Position numbers and translations under genes: made by a program. A stretch of DNA of 64,000 nt from Orbicella franksi. Lineage: Eukaryota. How positions within the stretch are numbered: position 1 is the first letter of the stretch; the number at the start of each line of letters is the position of its first letter. The notes under the pieces were generated by a model, which saw only the letters and a program-made list of their open reading frames with translations, made no database searches and was not told where the DNA came from. This document shows, in pieces, positions 12,745-24,458 of the stretch. Where the stretch lies: contig OZ116709.1 in the NCBI GenBank assembly GCA_964199315.1, positions 2,790,001-2,854,000 of the forward strand. The letters run 5' to 3'.

Positions 12745-14010
12745 AGTTACTTTTTTACGGCCAGGAGCCATTTCTGGGGTAGGTCAGTTTGCTGAAACGT
12801 TCTTAGGGGACAGTCACTTTAAAAGCTAGGATTACCGTAGTGGCGACACCACTTTTTTTTAACATATAGACACTTAAAGAATTTCGACCTCGCCTACCAG
12901 GGACACGTCGGGACTTGTGGAGCATGCAGTTCCTTTACTACGAGCAGATTCCAGAACTAAGGTTTGCTTATATCCGGCGCCATATCGCCGGACGTTCAGA
13001 AACAACTCTCCCCATTCTCTTGAAATTCAAAAACCTAGAGCACCAACTCTTTGCTCGGTCAGCTAGGACAACTATTTTTCACATAAAAACAAAACAAAAC
13101 AAAACAAAACAACCAGAAAAACCGTACTCTCAAAAGTAACATTAACTAAAACGCTAAAAAGTACTAGGCAATCATTCAGTGGAGAATTGACACCAAGCCA
13201 AGGACTCTCTCAAAGTCCTTCGCGGTTTTTGGTAGTTCCGGCTCGAAGGACTAACACGAGCTCCTCTCTCTCGCGCTTTTACAGCCCGGGTGTTTAGCAC
13301 CGCAGAAATTTTCTCGCTCCGAGCCCGACTTTCACAGCTCTTCTTGTAAGTCAAACAAGTCTAGTGAGACGAACGTAAAAGATTTGCAACGTTTATTCAC
13401 TTCTTATAAATTTTACTTTTTTCTCACTCCAAAATATCATGTCTCTTTTCTTTACGGACATTTGTTTCCCTCCATTACGCTAATTGCCGTTTCTTTTAAA
13501 TGGCTGCTAATTTTCTTTTCAGTGGAAACCTAATCTCAAGGAAATTCCCCACCGAATCTTAGATTGAAACGGACGAAAGAAGGCGGAAGGGGATGCTCTT
13601 TTCCTCTGAGGTTTATGTTCGAATCCCCTTTCGCTCTCCAGTTTTTGCACTTGCTAGGCAGATTAGAGATTTTTCGTATCGAAAGGCAAATTTAGTCGAT
13701 AGAGATGGGTAAGGAGAACTTGTCTAAGAAGAGGGACGAGGAAAGGGGAGAGGGATTGAGTAGGAAAGGGGGTTGTAACTGTGGGGTACGTTGGATGTTA
13801 TTCCCTTTCTACCTGTGACAACCGAGAATGTACTACAGTATTTGTATTTCCTAAATCATCGCTCAGGAATTTGGGGGTTTATATACAGATACGCCTCGAA
13901 TCGAGCGTTATATCCCCACTCAGTGAACAAAGCGGTTGAACAAGTTCTTCTGAAGATGTGATCCAATTGCTCTACTCAAAACTTGATCAAGTGTTTGACG
14001 TTACACTAAA

Positions 14011-17000
14011 TTAGCTACTCTTCTCCTCTTTCTCTGTCTTCTCGATATCGTTTATCAAGCTTGCTATCTCATGAGCCAAGTTCTTAGTTTTGTTTATATC
14101 GGTCTCGCCTTTGTCAGGCTTCATTATCATCTGCCTTCGGTGAGCTGGCTGAAGCGGAAGATTCAGAGGTATTCCTTCTAGCATGGCGACCTGCTGAAGA
14201 TTACGTGACTCTGCCAGTAAGCGGCCTGCCTCCTGCATGATCCTGGACCGGCGTATGGCGTGTGCTTCCTCGATCTGCGCCCGCCTAGCCTCCAGCACTT
14301 GGTGGTTGGCTTCGGAGAACACCCGCCGCACTTTGGCTTGTTCTGCTGCGCTCATGGTGTCATAACCTGTTGGGAGCAAATGCCAAAACGCTCAGTCAAC
14401 GAGCTAGCTTTGTAAGAGTTATACTGGGGGGTGAGGGAAGCTCACGATGCATCTGACTTCTCCGACCATAAGACCTAGAGCAGTCTTTTGATGGAGAGCG
14501 AAAGATGCGAAGTGGATCTTCGAGAGACAATTAATCGACATCGAACGTTTATTTCTACCAAACCATCCTGCAGCTTCATATCAAAGGAAAGCAGATACAT
14601 CAGTCACTGGGTGATCAGTCATAAAACTGACGAAACCCTCTGTCCGATAATAAATCGATCCCGCGGTTTTCGTCATAGATGTTGCTTAGCAACATTCTAA
14701 ACTCTTGTGACGTCATACTGACGTTTCAATTGCTGACTGAGTTGAAAGCCGTTGGAGCGCTTCTTCTAAATTTTCCCACATCCGACTGTTTATGTATGCA
14801 GCAATATGGAAGCCAGCACACGGAATTAACCCCTTCTCCTGGTACTACCTGAAATATATGTCAGCCATCGAGATAAAAAGCGTTGGATTTTGAGAAGCTA
14901 TTCCTTCATGCGAGAGTTCCACCGATAACAGACAATAAGCAAAATACAACGGGCTTTACAACGTCTTGATGTAAAACACATAAAGACACAAATGGTTTAA
15001 CAATTCCCGCAGGCGCTACTGTAGAATCCTGGCTCTTTTTGTTCAATGGGAAAAAAACTAGAACACTCCGAAAGTTGTGACGTCAGCTGGGGTTTCTCTG
15101 GGAAACAAACCTTTGACAAGTGGCCCACAGTCGCACTGAGGACAAGATCCGGGAACCTTAACAATCCTACACAGGGAGGGGCACTCTGGTAAAACGTTTG
15201 GACACTCTGCAACAGGACAGCACAGGTACAGTAACACAACTTACAAATCTCTTTAAGACAAGTTCCAAATTAATTCAGTGTTTTGGATCATAAGGTGGAC
15301 AAGATTTGTCATCTTTCTTTCTTCAAATTTGATGTCGTGTTTGAATAATCTAGTAAGCTTAAAGTATAGACAATAGTGTAAATTAAGAAAGACCATGTTG
15401 AAAAATTTAGCCGTAATTTTGTCAAGTTCGATGTTCATTATTCGGTGTAACCAAGCATTCTAAGGTTTCTCTACCTCAGTAGCTTACCTTTTTGAGTTTC
15501 ACTTCAATTCGAGGTTAATTGAGTGCATCACAAGATTAATACTTAACACGTATTAAGTATTATTTTAGAGAGCTTAGATATACGAATTTCCTCTACACAG
15601 GAGCGAGCTTGAAATAATATTTCTATAGATAAGTTAGGACGTTTCCTTTAAGACGAAGGTTGTTAACGAGACAATTTTATTTACCTTTTCTCTCAAATTA
15701 TTATTTTATCAGTTATTATCGTAGATAATAGTTAGCTTTCAGTAAAGTTAAACACTGTAAAGCCCTAAATGGACAGTTAAAAAGCCAGAAGTAGCCTTTT
15801 CCAAATAGTTATGATATTATTACGATCATTATTTATTATGAACCACATGGTTGCAGTGAAAGGGGTAAATTTTATCCGCACCCTAGTCTTTTTGTGTTAG
15901 TATAATAATAGTATCTTTGCACAGTAAAGTCAACACATCATTAGAACACAACTAGCTTTGTTTATTTCTCTCACCGTATCGAGTATATAATAATTAAATA
16001 ATTCTCTGTAATAGCCGCACAAATAACTTCCTAGTAAGAAAATTAGTACCATTCGAGAGTGTTACAGTTAAAACCTTCCGTGCTAAAACACAGAGGAATT
16101 ATTTCTAAGGAAAAAATAACTTTTAGAACATTGTTATCCGGAAACAAAGAGTCATGCAGAATGCGCGTTACATGTTGCTATTTGTCTGTTTTGGTTTAGT
16201 TTCATTATTGACGAAGATAAATTGTAAAAGAGGATGCAAAAACTACAACGCTGATAACAAGAGCTTCGTTTGAAGATTTAGTGGAGGACTGAGTGATCAT
16301 AAAGTGTGGCCGGTCTATCTGCATTTTTCTTTCCCTGTTATTGCGCCTTACCACTCTTGTCTTTCGAAGAATCGTTTTTGCCCTTTGATTGATCTGCACT
16401 CCTTGTTCGATCTGTTCAAATGGAACAAAGGCAATTTAATGTTTGCTTGGTTGCTCGAATAACGTTCAAATAGTTTTGAATAACGTTTAGTAAATGATTG
16501 CTGACTGACTGACTGACTGATTGTGCTTGATTGATTGATTGATTGATTGATTGACTGACTGATTGACTGGATGGTTGGTTGATTGATTGGTTGATTCATT
16601 TACTGACTAATTGACTACCTGCCTGCCTGCCTGCCTGCCTGCCTGCCCGCCAGGCGGAGTGAGTGACTACCTGACTGACTGACTGACTGACTGACTGACT
16701 GACTGACTGACTGACTGACTGACTGACTGACTGACTGAATGACTGAGTGATTAACTGACTGACTGACAAAATGACGGACGGACTGACAGACTCACGGCCT
16801 GACGGAGTGAGTGAGTGAGTGAGTGAGTGAGTGAGTGGGTGGGTGGGTGGGTGAGTGAGTGAGTGACTACACTGAGTAAATGAATGACTAAGTGCATGAC
16901 TGACTAAATGACGAAGTCATTTCCTGAATGACTGACTGACTCGATGATTGATTCGGTCAAGTCAGGTAATGACTGGCTGGTTGGTAGAAAGACAGACAGG

Positions 17001-20000
17001 CAGTACTCACGTCTTTTGCAGATGTATCCCAGAGGCTTATAACAGTTGTCGTCATCCCATCTTCCCCAGTCATACCGCTGGTACATTATACCGCACTGTT
17101 CGTCTTTTCCGTCGTAGTGTTGGCCTTCCTTCCAATTCTGGTATCTAGCAAACACAAACGGAGCATGCGTTTTGCCAGTTTACACAGCGGCAAGGTGAAG
17201 AAAAACATGCGCACAAATCGAAAGATGTTTCTTTTTCGGTTTGGAGAGATATCAGTAGCAGATGTTTCATGACCGAGTTAGGAACTTTCCTATAACTAGA
17301 GAAACTCAGTTTTAAGGATTAGTAAAGTTCAGTTTAGCAGATCAGTGCAATCACCTTCCGCGTCATGTATACCATCATGCGAAACTTTGCACTCAAAGAT
17401 CAGAAGTTCTTTTAAAAATTAAACTGTACTTCATGTTTTGAGTAAGTTTTCCTTTTAATCGCCATGGCCACTGTCGGACACTACTTGAGGGCTTTCTGTA
17501 TGAATGGGACAAACTTGAGCAAGTTTGAGACGTAGGTTAAAAGATTTGACTAAAATGTCATTTTCAGCGCCTTTGGGTAGTTATGAAGCCTACGTTTCTA
17601 TTCCTGGAGGAATGGGACTTTAAAATGAGCAGTAGCCTGCTCACGTGAGTTTTATGGCACCTGATACTGAAATAAATGCCGTATTTACCTGTATCGCGAA
17701 CCGTCAATCCAGGACCACATTCTAACTTTCTCCTTGTATGACATACCAATCCACAGCTTGTTCACATCAGATGACTTGCGCAGCTGTTTCGTGATGAAGT
17801 CGTTTTCTTCATGCGTGTGAACACTCAGTAGCTCCGCATCGCAGAGCTTAAAGAAATAAATAATAAAAAAACTTAATGACGGTTCTTGCGCAGTTTTCAG
17901 TCACGGAAAAAAGGACTGACTTCTAGCATTAGTAACTGGGAAACTCTGGTTGCCTCTAGGAATACTCCACGATGAGAATCGAAGCAATCAGTACGGTTTC
18001 GCGCAGAGAATAACCGAAAGATCTCAGCATGTGTACTAGTCCTTCAACCGATAATTTCAGTGTATATGAAAAAAATCATTTAATGGCTCGTTTGTTTACC
18101 AACTGTACTTAGTGTTTCAACGTGCTAGTCCCTAACCATAACAGCGATTTGTATTTCTACCTTAGATGAGAAGAGCAAGGTCCGGAACTGGACTGTGATT
18201 TACCTTGCAGGCCCTAACAGAGTCAAACCAACTCTTTGTATCATCGGTTGATATTTGGTACTCAAACTTGCCATCTTCTCCCTCCATAGGAACAAAGTTG
18301 TCGCATTTAGCATAAATTGTATCTAAAAAAAAAGGTTAGGAGAACTCACAATTAACAATCAAAGAAAATCTCTTTATATCGCCCCCACCCACCCACCCAC
18401 CCACCCTACCCTTCCATTTACCTCCTCGAGTGATCTTCACTCTTGCAACATCGCCTGCGTCATCAGGCCTTAGAGCCAGCGTAAACTCGCCGTTTAACTT
18501 AAGTGGCTCGTCATTCTTCACATCTACCGCCCTGAGGACGATCCTCTTGTACTCGTCCCCAGGCTCAAGACGTGCATACTCTACTTGAGATTCATCAACG
18601 TCGAGCGTGGTGGCCGGGAGGATCTGGTCCGGACTGACCCTGACATGTCCTCCTGCGTGGTTTATAAGCTTCACGTAGAACCATCTGTTACCGGGTCCTA
18701 ATAAGGAATGAACATCACACATGAAAAAAAAAAAAAAAAGCGAAAAAGCTCAAGGAACATTACACGGTCTAGTTATGATAGACTTCGATAGTTTGCATTT
18801 TCGCTTTGCTGTTCGTAGGGAGTTTTATGGTCTGGAAGAATAGTCCCCAGTAATCTTTTGCACTCAAAACGCGCTCGGTAAAGAAATTTCTGTGTCTCTA
18901 TGCACCCGAACTTCAGCACTCCCTCGATAAGCCGTGTTCAGTGACCAATTTTATAACGGTGCTTGCAAATAGGAAAATGTAATGTTCAATGTAAGATAAT
19001 TTCTCTTGTTTGTTTGTAAACTTTATAACATAACCAACAAAAACATATAAGCAATAAAACCTCCAGGAATGTAGATGTTGTGGGAAGAGCAAATAAGTAA
19101 ATGAACAAAAGCTAAACCTTTTCTTTCCCCTTTACTCACTATAACCACCCAAAATATTTATCGGAGTTTTATAAAAAAAAAAAAACATCATCTACTGGTG
19201 CTGAGTAAAAAAAGGCATACATTGTGTACAGTTAGACAAGCGTTCAGTTTATTGTATTGACTCTTATCCGTCAGTTCTGTACAAGTTTTCTTTCCGTGTG
19301 TCGTTTAGGTAGACATTTTAGTGATAAAAACATGAAGCACTTGCCTAGACTCTTGACAATGTGTCCGTGTCTCGCATGCAGGATACCACTTCTTGAGTCT
19401 ACAGTTAACGAGAATACATGTACAGCGGAATCAGCAGAGAAACTCTCTATCAAACGTTTAACCTATACAACATGGATCTGCAGTATAAAATAGTGAGTCT
19501 GAATCTCGTTTCAGGCCATGAATGGACCGATAGAGAAAAACTGAAAGGAAGGAAAAAAAAAACACTGGTAGGATCTCAAGATTAGTAACAATAGTATAAT
19601 GGCTCTTTATTGAATAATCTTCGAGCAGTGTCTCTTTTCTCCTTGTTCACCAAGAATGTAGAGGAGAAACTGAAAAAAAGCGCGGAAACAAAAATTATCG
19701 CTCAGAAACTGCGTAAGAACTCCAGTTTTCGTGCGGCAAATTTTCCCTCTCCATTCTTCTTAACTTGAAGCTCAACTCAGGATTTTCATCTAGTAGGCAT
19801 TAAAGTAAAAGACCAAATAAGGTAACTTACGTTTACAGTCGACACGTACCGAAAAACTGGGAGAGAGCAACCAAGTTGCATTCTGTGAGGATTTTATCCA
19901 AATCTAAAGGAGCAAGACTTTGCTACACATTCTAGAACTTGTAAAGGCTCTGTAAATGGAGAGGTTCTACATTCTATTGAATCTCTTTCAGAAAAAATCA

Positions 20001-22844
20001 AGAGACAATTTCAATACTAATGCTGGTTCCAGTTTTCCACGCACGAAAAGACTGAGTACAACTCACGACTCACCTTCTCGTGACACGTAGGCCTCTTGTG
20101 TGTCGTCATAAGTGGTAGGCGTGACAATCAACGTACTCTCTCCGTTAAGGATCAGCGGCTTGTCTGTGTACTCGTCCACTGCTTTCAGAGTGATCTTAGC
20201 CTTTCTGTCAGTTTCGTTCAAGAGCTGATGGTAGACGAAGATTTCTCCGCTGCTTAGTACAGCACTGGGAAGGATCCTGTCGGCTTTTAGCTTGACTCGT
20301 GTTCCAACTTGGTTTACAACTTTCAAGTTCACCCATTTCTTTACCTCTGGAATAAAAAAAAAAGTATGTTGGTGTCACTTTGGTAAGCTTATACAACTTT
20401 TCTCACCAAATCGAGCGAGCGGCAAGGGACTTTCTCTGGGGTACTAGGCTCAGTTTCCTTCCCTTATATTTCTATGCAAATTCAAGACCACCAAATTAAT
20501 CTGAATGTACCCCAATATCTTCTTTTTTCGCGCCGAAGATTGAAATTTGCGCTATGCGCTATCGTTCTCGATATTATCATCGTTATGTTAGCTTTACACC
20601 ACAGATTTTCTTTCCAACAGAAACATTTTCCAGAAAGTCAAATCAAGTTCATCTCTTGCCTAGAGTATTTCTCGTAATTTCCGTCAGAGATTCGCAAATG
20701 ACCGACTTGCAGTAACGCGTAGTCAAACGATCGATGAAGCGAGAGTGTGCAGAATTACCAGGACATGACTTGACCGATTGCCCGCGCTCTGTCCTCGCAG
20801 AGACGCCGAATTTTGCAAGTTTTAAGGAACGACCATAACGAGACGATGTTCTAGCATCTTTCAAGCCAACCTATGTTCAGTCTTTGCATAAACTGTCAGT
20901 TGTCCAGGAAAAAAAAAAACTATGAAAAGTCATGGATTCCCCTACTTGGCTTTTGATCATGGTGACGTTGATGGTGGTGATGATGATGACGATGATGGCG
21001 TTTACGCGGTGAGTCTCTCACGAACACCTTGCTAACGGAGCCTGGGGCGAAGTCGCGCCTCGCTAGTTCACCAGTTGCTACATCAGCGGAGTCTTGTTGC
21101 TTCATGTTATCCAGATACTTCTGGTACACACCTCTGAAGTTTTTGGAATGTATAAGACCTACTAGGAAAAAGCACGTATCGAGTAAGTAACGCATCTTAT
21201 AATATTTTCTATTTTTTTCGAAAAAGAAACATAATTTCTATAACCACGTTAAAGCTGAACGAATTTGAATTATGCTCCTAAGAATAGTTCTTTTTGGCTT
21301 GGACGGTTTGTTTTCCCATCACAGACCACGTGATATTTTCTAGAGAATTGTTTTTTATCCATCTTAAATTTATTCATTCATATACACGAGAATTCTCAAG
21401 AGTATCATCGTATTGTCTGAAATGGGGCAACAAACCACTTAAGCTTATTTATTGTTTATTGTTCAGTTATTCCGACAAAATTATAAAATGTTAAAGTAAC
21501 CATGTTGTTAAAAACTCAAACGTGGCGATTTACGATACAAATAGATTAGATCAGGATAGTTCTCGGGGAGAGGGGGTAAGCGGGAGGGAGGCAATGATAG
21601 AAAATTAACAAGGCTGGTTGATTTCTATAGCATGAAGCGGCTACGAGTTTTTTTTACTTCCCCCTGGATAGGATGCTAGTCTATGGCAGATTACACGTTG
21701 CCCGAACAATTTGCCAAAACCCATTCTTACTCCTCGGTAAAGGAAGGCAATGGGAAAAAAGTGTCTTTCCCAAGGACATAACATAGAGTCTGACATTTCG
21801 CGTTATAATTAGCAGTATTTGGTAACAAAACAAAACAAACAAACAAACAAACAAACAGACAAACGCACCTAAGATGCGGTCAAACCACGGCCCCGATGAG
21901 GTTTCCGTGGACCGTCCATTTGAAACGTCAGCTGCAGAGCTCTCTGGAGTTTCATCATCTTGTTCTGTGGTCAGACAAAATTAAAATAATCTTCTAACAC
22001 CCTTTTATCCAAAATTCGACCTACTGGCATTACACATCTAATTACTGCAGGAATCTCTGAAGCCTGTTCTTTCAAGGAAATTGCGGCTTTTAATATTCAT
22101 AACTGGTTTGTAATTGTTCAGTTATAAAGCGTTCAATGAATGTAACTGGATAAAATGTTAGTTCATGGTTAAAAGAAGCCATAGAAAGGGAGGCGTTCCA
22201 GAGGCAATGAGATCTGCCATTTTTGGCCGGTATAATTAAGATACAAATAACATTTATTAAATTGAGAGTACCAACGACAATCCAAAAAAATACTATAAAG
22301 ATGTTCTTTACAGTGGCATCCCAGGAAAAAAAAAATGAAACGGAAATTGTGAACGTGAACGTTTAGAACAATTGTCGCCTTGAAATAGAATTGAAACCGA
22401 AACAAAGCAGGTTTTCCTGCAATTTTACAGGTGACAGCGACAAAGTCGACCATGTAAGAGAAAAGCCAAAACAACTGTCTGATCGAGTATTGCAGTGTTT
22501 CCTCACAATGAAAATTATGTAATTAATGGACAGAAAGCACAACATGAAAATTATAACTTAAATCAGCTGTCAGAAATTGGGGAATGTTTTAAAATACGGC
22601 GTTAGAACAAGAAATGGCTAAGCATGGACAATGATATTTGTTCTGGTAAGTGAGCAGCGTTAATGAGAAGCCACCCATTTCTTATGGCTTTCAAGTCCGT
22701 TACGAACGGAGTGTTTAACATGACAAATAAAAGTGTGATACGAAATAAGAATTAAAACACAATCGAGGATTTACCTGCAAGCACCAGGACAATAAACACC
22801 AAGCTCAGAATAAAACAACCAAGCACATGTCTTGCCATCTTCAT
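14011..22844 (-). CDS. Secreted mosaic protein: signal peptide, two unnamed ~90-aa modules, C-type lectin domain, antistasin-like Cys motif, helical tail
   Basis: Frame-consistent exons 22844-22775 (MKMARHVLGCFILSLVFIVLVLA), 21964-21869, 21161-20946 (or to 21022 plus 20870-20759), 20346-20074, 18697-18422, CTLD 18322-18204/17846-17689/17144-17011 (SWFDSVRAC..LLSVHTHEENDFI..LWIGM..WSWIDGS..C..GRWDDDNC..GYICK), 16411-16352, 15206-15111 (CPNVLPECPSLCRIVKVPGSCPQCDC), probable 14484-14446, and 14366-14011. That all exons form one transcript is inference. Confidence 0.72.
16495..17002. repeat. Compound tetranucleotide microsatellite (TGAC/TGAT/TGGT/TGCC/TGAG/TGGG blocks)
   Basis: Directly visible; lies in the intron after the last CTLD exon. 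Confidence 0.95.
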
Positions 22845-24458
22845 GGTTCAGAACCCGCCCTTGGAGTAAGTGCGTCGAACAAAATCGACCTCTTATGAAA
22901 AAAGCCGAAAATTTGACCACTTGAGATTTGCAAATATTACATCAGAAGGAAAGGGCGTATCAGGGTCAGCCCACCAGCCTCGAAATTTGACTGCATCTTG
23001 AGATTACTTGACCGGCTTGTCAGAGCGCCACCAATGGAGGACTCGTTCGTTTTTGTTTTGTTCCTCCCCTGACAGGGCGTTTCTCAAGGACAGGTACACG
23101 TGTTGCGAACTGTTCTATTAATAAGATCGTAAGTGGAAGGTTGATTGCTTCAAGTGGAACACTCGACGGTGATGACACCGCTATTGGAACCTTCGATCAT
23201 CGACTGCGTCGAACGTTTGATCACCGCGGTTTGTTTTGAATGTGTCCTCATCTGGTGAAAGGCAGTTACTGAACGCAGGTTTTCCAGGTCATAAAGCACG
23301 TAATAGCAATCAAGACACGCCCGAGGGTCTGGAGAGCCTGTAGCAGGTCCACCTATCCAAGTGCGATATTCTAGATAAACACTGTCTTTTCGAATAACTG
23401 ATTAGATACAAAAATCGAACGAAAAATCCGTAGTAAGAAATGTGGATCCGGCACTGGTTTTTTTTTTTCACATCGAGCATGTTATGAAAGCAATTGAGTG
23501 ACATCAGCATGTCCATAGACTGCGCAAAATAGATACAACTGAAAAAGTGATCTTTTTAAAATAAATATCAAGACAAGTCAACATATTCTCCTAAGAGCAG
23601 CATTAAGAAACACCATGGCGGAGACATTTAATTGCTTTCTTTCTTCAATGTGGCGAGCGAGACATTCGACGCTAAATTCATTTACCACTTCATTTACGCG
23701 GATCTAATATATTTTGAGGATATTCTCGTGACAAAGTAGACCAAACAGAGACAAAGGCGCGTTGAAGAGTTCTGCCAACCAATTTTGCAGATTACTTGAT
23801 TTCTGTGCCGATTTGTACTATTTCTAGGCGATCATTCATGTTTAAAAATACAAAAATTGTTGTCAAGCCTAGCCCAAACAAGAACGAGAATCACCAAGAG
23901 TGATCCATGAGAGTTGCATGACAGTTTTCCGTAAGTGTCAGCGCGGGAGTGGGGAAGAAAAGAGAGAAAAACTCTGCACGACTTTCAAGAAGAATTTGCG
24001 TTAACTAAAATTGCGCAACAGTCCACGAGTTGCTGATAGAGCAGATTTTCATGCCCAACAAAAGCCAGAGCTTGAACTCTTGTTGTTTCCATTTGGTCCT
24101 AATTGATTGTTCACCACTAACGAATCACACTATTATGCTTCACCCAGTCCAACAATCGCTTATCATCTCAAAGCTAAATCTAACCTGTGTTAACCACACC
24201 CCTCTGGGGTTACATCAGACTGGGGAGGGGTCTTATAATCGGAGAGAGTTTTGAGTCTAGGAATGGGAAGTCTTGTCACCAAGTAATACACACCCACCAG
24301 CAGTGATTAACACACAAGAATCATTTTTGTGGCTGACCTTTTATTAACCTTTCACCGAAATAACAAACATTTCACCATTTTGTATATTCGTGTTTTTCAC
24401 GGCTTACCACATTTGATTTTGGTAAAAGAACCATATTCCAAGTAAACCCTTTACTGTA

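Noticed and set aside
16348-16599. ORF with SINQ/NQPI repeats
   Set aside because: Translation of the tetranucleotide microsatellite.
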